Positions 61,319 to 64,000 of a stretch of 64,000 nucleotides of DNA are shown piece after piece; positions within the stretch are counted from its first letter, which is position 1; the number at the start of each line of letters is the position of its first letter. Source of the DNA: Nitrospirales bacterium. GTDB taxonomy: Bacteria > Nitrospirota > Nitrospiria > Nitrospirales > UBA8639. The position numbers and the translations under genes were made by a program. The stretch covers positions 2,368,001 to 2,432,000 of the forward strand of contig CBDBCZ010000019.1 of NCBI GenBank assembly GCA_965203295.1. The letters are read 5' to 3'. A model generated the notes under the pieces. The model was not told the DNA's origin. It worked only from the letters and a program-made list of their open reading frames with translations, and did not search any database.

Positions 61319-62269
61319 TCAGCGGGAGAAACGCACTTTTCCCTTTTGTGAGACTTGCGCTTTAAAAAAATCCACCGTGGCGGCTAAACTCTCCTGAAGA
61401 GAAACCGACGGTTCCCACTCCAATCTATCCCGAAGTTTTGTTGAATCCAACTTGCTCCGAAGTTGCTCTCCTTTTTTTTCGGGCCCATGGATTTCCTTAC
61501 ATGAAGATCCGGTTGATTGTTTTAAATAGTGAAAAATTTCATTGACAGAGGTTTCTTGACTGGTCCCGACATTGTAAATACCCTCCACCTCCGGATCTAA
61601 CGCACCAAGCATCGCATTCACGACATCCTCGACAAAGACATAGTCCCGGGTTTGTAACCCATTCCCATTGATCAATGGCTGCTCTTCGTTCAACATCTTC
61701 TTCGTAAATATCGCCACGACCCCTGCCTCTCCTTCTGGTTCCTGTCGTGGCCCATACACATTGCCCAAGCGAAAGGCGGCAAACGACATGCCTTTGACAT
61801 AGTGGTAGTAGGCGAGATAATGCTCCCCAGCTAGCTTACTGATACCGTAAGGGGACAATGGACATGTCGTGTGAGTTTCTGATGCCGGAAAGGTTTCTTG
61901 TTCACCATACACAGCTCCCCCCGAAGACGCGAAAATGATTTTTCGTGTCCCATGCCGAATGGCGGATTCCAATAAGTTAATCATACCTAGAATATTGACT
62001 CTCGCATCAAAGGCAGGATCATCCGTCGAGTGTCGTACACTGATTTGAGCAGCCATATGGAAAATAACCATGGGACGTTCTTTCTTAAACACACGTTCCA
62101 AACGCCAACTTTCAAGATCAACCTTGTACAACGATGCCGCTTTATGGACATTCTTGCGCTTGCCCGTTGAAAGATTATCAACCACGACAACTTGATGTCC
62201 TTCCTGAATCAATCGATCAACCACATGTGACCCAATGAACCCGGCACCACCTGTGACAAGAACTTTCAT
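61319..62269 (-). CDS. NAD-dependent epimerase/dehydratase (UDP-glucose 4-epimerase-like)
   Basis: Motifs TGGAGFIGSH, SSGGAVYG, YGISK and NVYGPRQ. Confidence 0.93.
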   Translation of the reverse strand: MKVLVTGGAGFIGSHVVDRLIQEGHQVVVVDNLSTGKRKNVHKAASLYKVDLESWRLERVFKKERPMVIFHMAAQISVRHSTDDPAFDARVNILGMINLLESAIRHGTRKIIFASSGGAVYGEQETFPASETHTTCPLSPYGISKLAGEHYLAYYHYVKGMSFAAFRLGNVYGPRQEPEGEAGVVAIFTKKMLNEEQPLINGNGLQTRDYVFVEDVVNAMLGALDPEVEGIYNVGTSQETSVNEIFHYLKQSTGSSCKEIHGPEKKGEQLRSKLDSTKLRDRLEWEPSVSLQESLAATVDFFKAQVSQKGKVRFSR

Positions 62270-62476
62270 AGATTCCTTCTTTCTGATGGGCAGCGAATCA
62301 ACTTCGTCAAATTGAGTTTTGAGAGGTTACCATATGACCTATTTGAAAAGCTCTCTGAAAGAATGTTGCCCAGAAGGACAAGAGACCTTCAACTCGGCAA
62401 CACCATCTTCGACCTCGAAAACAAGGAACCATTCCAGAGCTCGCTCGTTGACTCTCCACTCACCACATTTCATCGT

Positions 62477-63235
62477 CTATGCATTGACCCAACGGAACCC
62501 GACCAGCACTTCACGGTTTCCTTTTCGCCCCACAACGGGAGAGTCAAGCCACCCGATACGTTGAAAACCGAGTGTTTCCCCAAAACAAAGAATTTGCTCA
62601 ACGACCTCCAGCCGTTGGGTCTCATCTCGCACAATCCCCCCTCGTCCTACTTTTCCTTTTCCAACCTCAAACTGAGGTTTCACTAACGCGACGATTATCG
62701 CCGCTTCCGCCAGAAAGCGTGTAAGACATGGAAGGACCAGCTTCAATGAAATAAAGGAGACATCAATCACAGCCACACGGATGGGATCGGGGATAACATT
62801 CGGATCAAGATAACGAATATTGCATCGATCCAAGACAACTACTCGAGGATCTCTCCTGATTTTCCAATCGAGTTGTCCATACCCGACATCAACCGCGTAC
62901 ACTCGACTTGCCCCTTGTTGTAAAAGGCAATCCGTAAACCCACCCGTTGACGCTCCTACATCTAACGCAATCACTTCTTGGCAATCGACTTGAAATTCTT
63001 CAAGCGCTGCAGCTAATTTTCCGCCACCACGGCTGACAAAAGGAAGAGAGGAATTCTTCACCTCAAGGGTTGTGTCTGGCTCCACCAATTTTCCCCGTTT
63101 ATCGATCGTGACGCCATCAACTTTGACCAAACCAGCCATGATGAGACGACTGGCTTGTTCGCGGCTTGGGACAAGGCCTCGAGCCACTAAAACTCCGTCT
63201 AATCGCTGCTTCGAGGAATTCAAATGTTGGCCCAT
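62477..63235 (-). CDS. tlyA: TlyA family rRNA methyltransferase
   Basis: S4 domain plus VSRGG.KL, DVGASTGGFTD, DVSFISL and KPQFE. Confidence 0.96.
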   Translation of the reverse strand: MGQHLNSSKQRLDGVLVARGLVPSREQASRLIMAGLVKVDGVTIDKRGKLVEPDTTLEVKNSSLPFVSRGGGKLAAALEEFQVDCQEVIALDVGASTGGFTDCLLQQGASRVYAVDVGYGQLDWKIRRDPRVVVLDRCNIRYLDPNVIPDPIRVAVIDVSFISLKLVLPCLTRFLAEAAIIVALVKPQFEVGKGKVGRGGIVRDETQRLEVVEQILCFGETLGFQRIGWLDSPVVGRKGNREVLVGFRWVNA

Positions 63236-63314
63236 GGATCTGCTAATCAATGAGAAAAGGGGAGAGGGACCGTGATGGTCTCAGAAGAGTCACAATTGGT
63301 CAGGATAATCGGGG

Positions 63315-63569
63315 TCAAACTGAGGAGTTGCCATTTTCAGACTCATCATCAAGGGTAAACGCTTGAATTCGTTTTTTCCCATCTTTTTCCCGAACCAGAA
63401 TTTCAATTTTCCGTTCTGCATCATCAAGTATCTTGAGACATGTTTTAGAGAGTTTGATGCCCTCTTCAAAAATTTTCAAAGAATCGTCCAAGGGCAAGTC
63501 CCCCTTTTCCAGTTCGGCAACGATAGTTTCGAGCCTTGAGAGGGCGTCTTCAAATTTCAATCCAGCCAT
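63315..63569 (-). CDS. xseB: Exodeoxyribonuclease VII small subunit
   Basis: FEDAL.RLE.IV..LE.G..PL..SL..FEEG. Confidence 0.96.
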   Translation of the reverse strand: MAGLKFEDALSRLETIVAELEKGDLPLDDSLKIFEEGIKLSKTCLKILDDAERKIEILVREKDGKKRIQAFTLDDESENGNSSV

Positions 63570-63695
63570 CGCATTCTCAATTGAGTCAGCTGAGACTCCG
63601 CTTTGTACCTATTTGTACCTACTATCGGCCAGTGGGTTTTGACACCGACATGTTTTTCTCATCTTTGCCAGAGCTCATTCCCTCAAAGTCGTGGC

Positions 63696-63723
63696 ATTAT
63701 ACGCTACAAGAAAAGGAGGTCAA
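63696..63723 (-). promoter_or_regulatory. Putative sigma70 promoter upstream of xseB
   Basis: TTGACC-16 nt-TATAAT on the minus strand. Confidence 0.55.
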
Positions 63724-63831
63724 GACATTGCAGAGTTATGCGAGATCGACTAGCCTGAGGGATCATGTTTGCTAAGAAGGCAATGGGATTCCTCTATAAG
63801 ACTTCTGGTATCCCAAAGACCAAAAAACGGT

Positions 63832-64000
63832 TTATTCCTTTACGAAATCTCTTTCCACTTTCTTGATCGTGCTCAAGACGTTTCCATCAGCAAGCCGACT
63901 CCGGACTTGTTCCCCACTTTCCACCTCCCGAACACTCCGAATGATCTGACCACCAGGGTAAGTCTCCAATATACTATACCCCCTGGTCAGAACAGCCAGT
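63832..64000 (-). CDS. xseA: Exodeoxyribonuclease VII large subunit, 3' end (partial)
   Basis: Manual translation LAVLTRGYSI....G..IRSV.EV..G..V..RLADG...KE*. Lies upstream of xseB. Confidence 0.92.
   Translation of the reverse strand, partial: LAVLTRGYSILETYPGGQIIRSVREVESGEQVRSRLADGNVLSTIKKVERDFVKE

Noticed and set aside
1..64000. CRISPR array, rRNA, prophage or intact transposase
   Set aside because: No repeat-spacer periodicity, rRNA-like sequence, phage gene or transposase motif was seen.

Overview
Bacterial chromosome segment of roughly 50% GC by eye, probably Nitrospirota/Nitrospirales (inferred from gene order and an intergenic repeat recalled from Nitrospira genomes; not database-checked). 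Two long minus-strand housekeeping blocks dominate. The first (1-19.9 kb) holds purA, panB-metF-folD, ppi, rnc, the fab/plsX cluster, ribosomal protein genes, ychF, pth, prs and ispE. The second (37.7-64 kb) holds the dcw cell-division cluster, asnS, tlyA and xseAB. Between them (20-37 kb) lies an eroding accessory region. The strongest hidden signal, missed by the ORF track, is an integron relic at 26.0-26.7 kb. It consists of an IntI C-terminal remnant co-oriented with its array ('inverted integrase' layout), a candidate attI region, one complete YCII-family gene cassette (pseudogenised) and an 87-bp attC site that overlaps the 3' end of a methyltransferase gene. The same region carries a decaying pilB-pilT-pilC operon, three more pseudogenes (MltF-like, radical SAM, amidohydrolase) and an intact RelE-Phd toxin-antitoxin pair. 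The dcw cluster keeps three phased MraZ-type boxes but has no adjacent mraZ gene. No rRNA, tRNA or CRISPR array was seen. I found no clearly new multi-gene system; the integron relic and the erosion pattern are the best leads.
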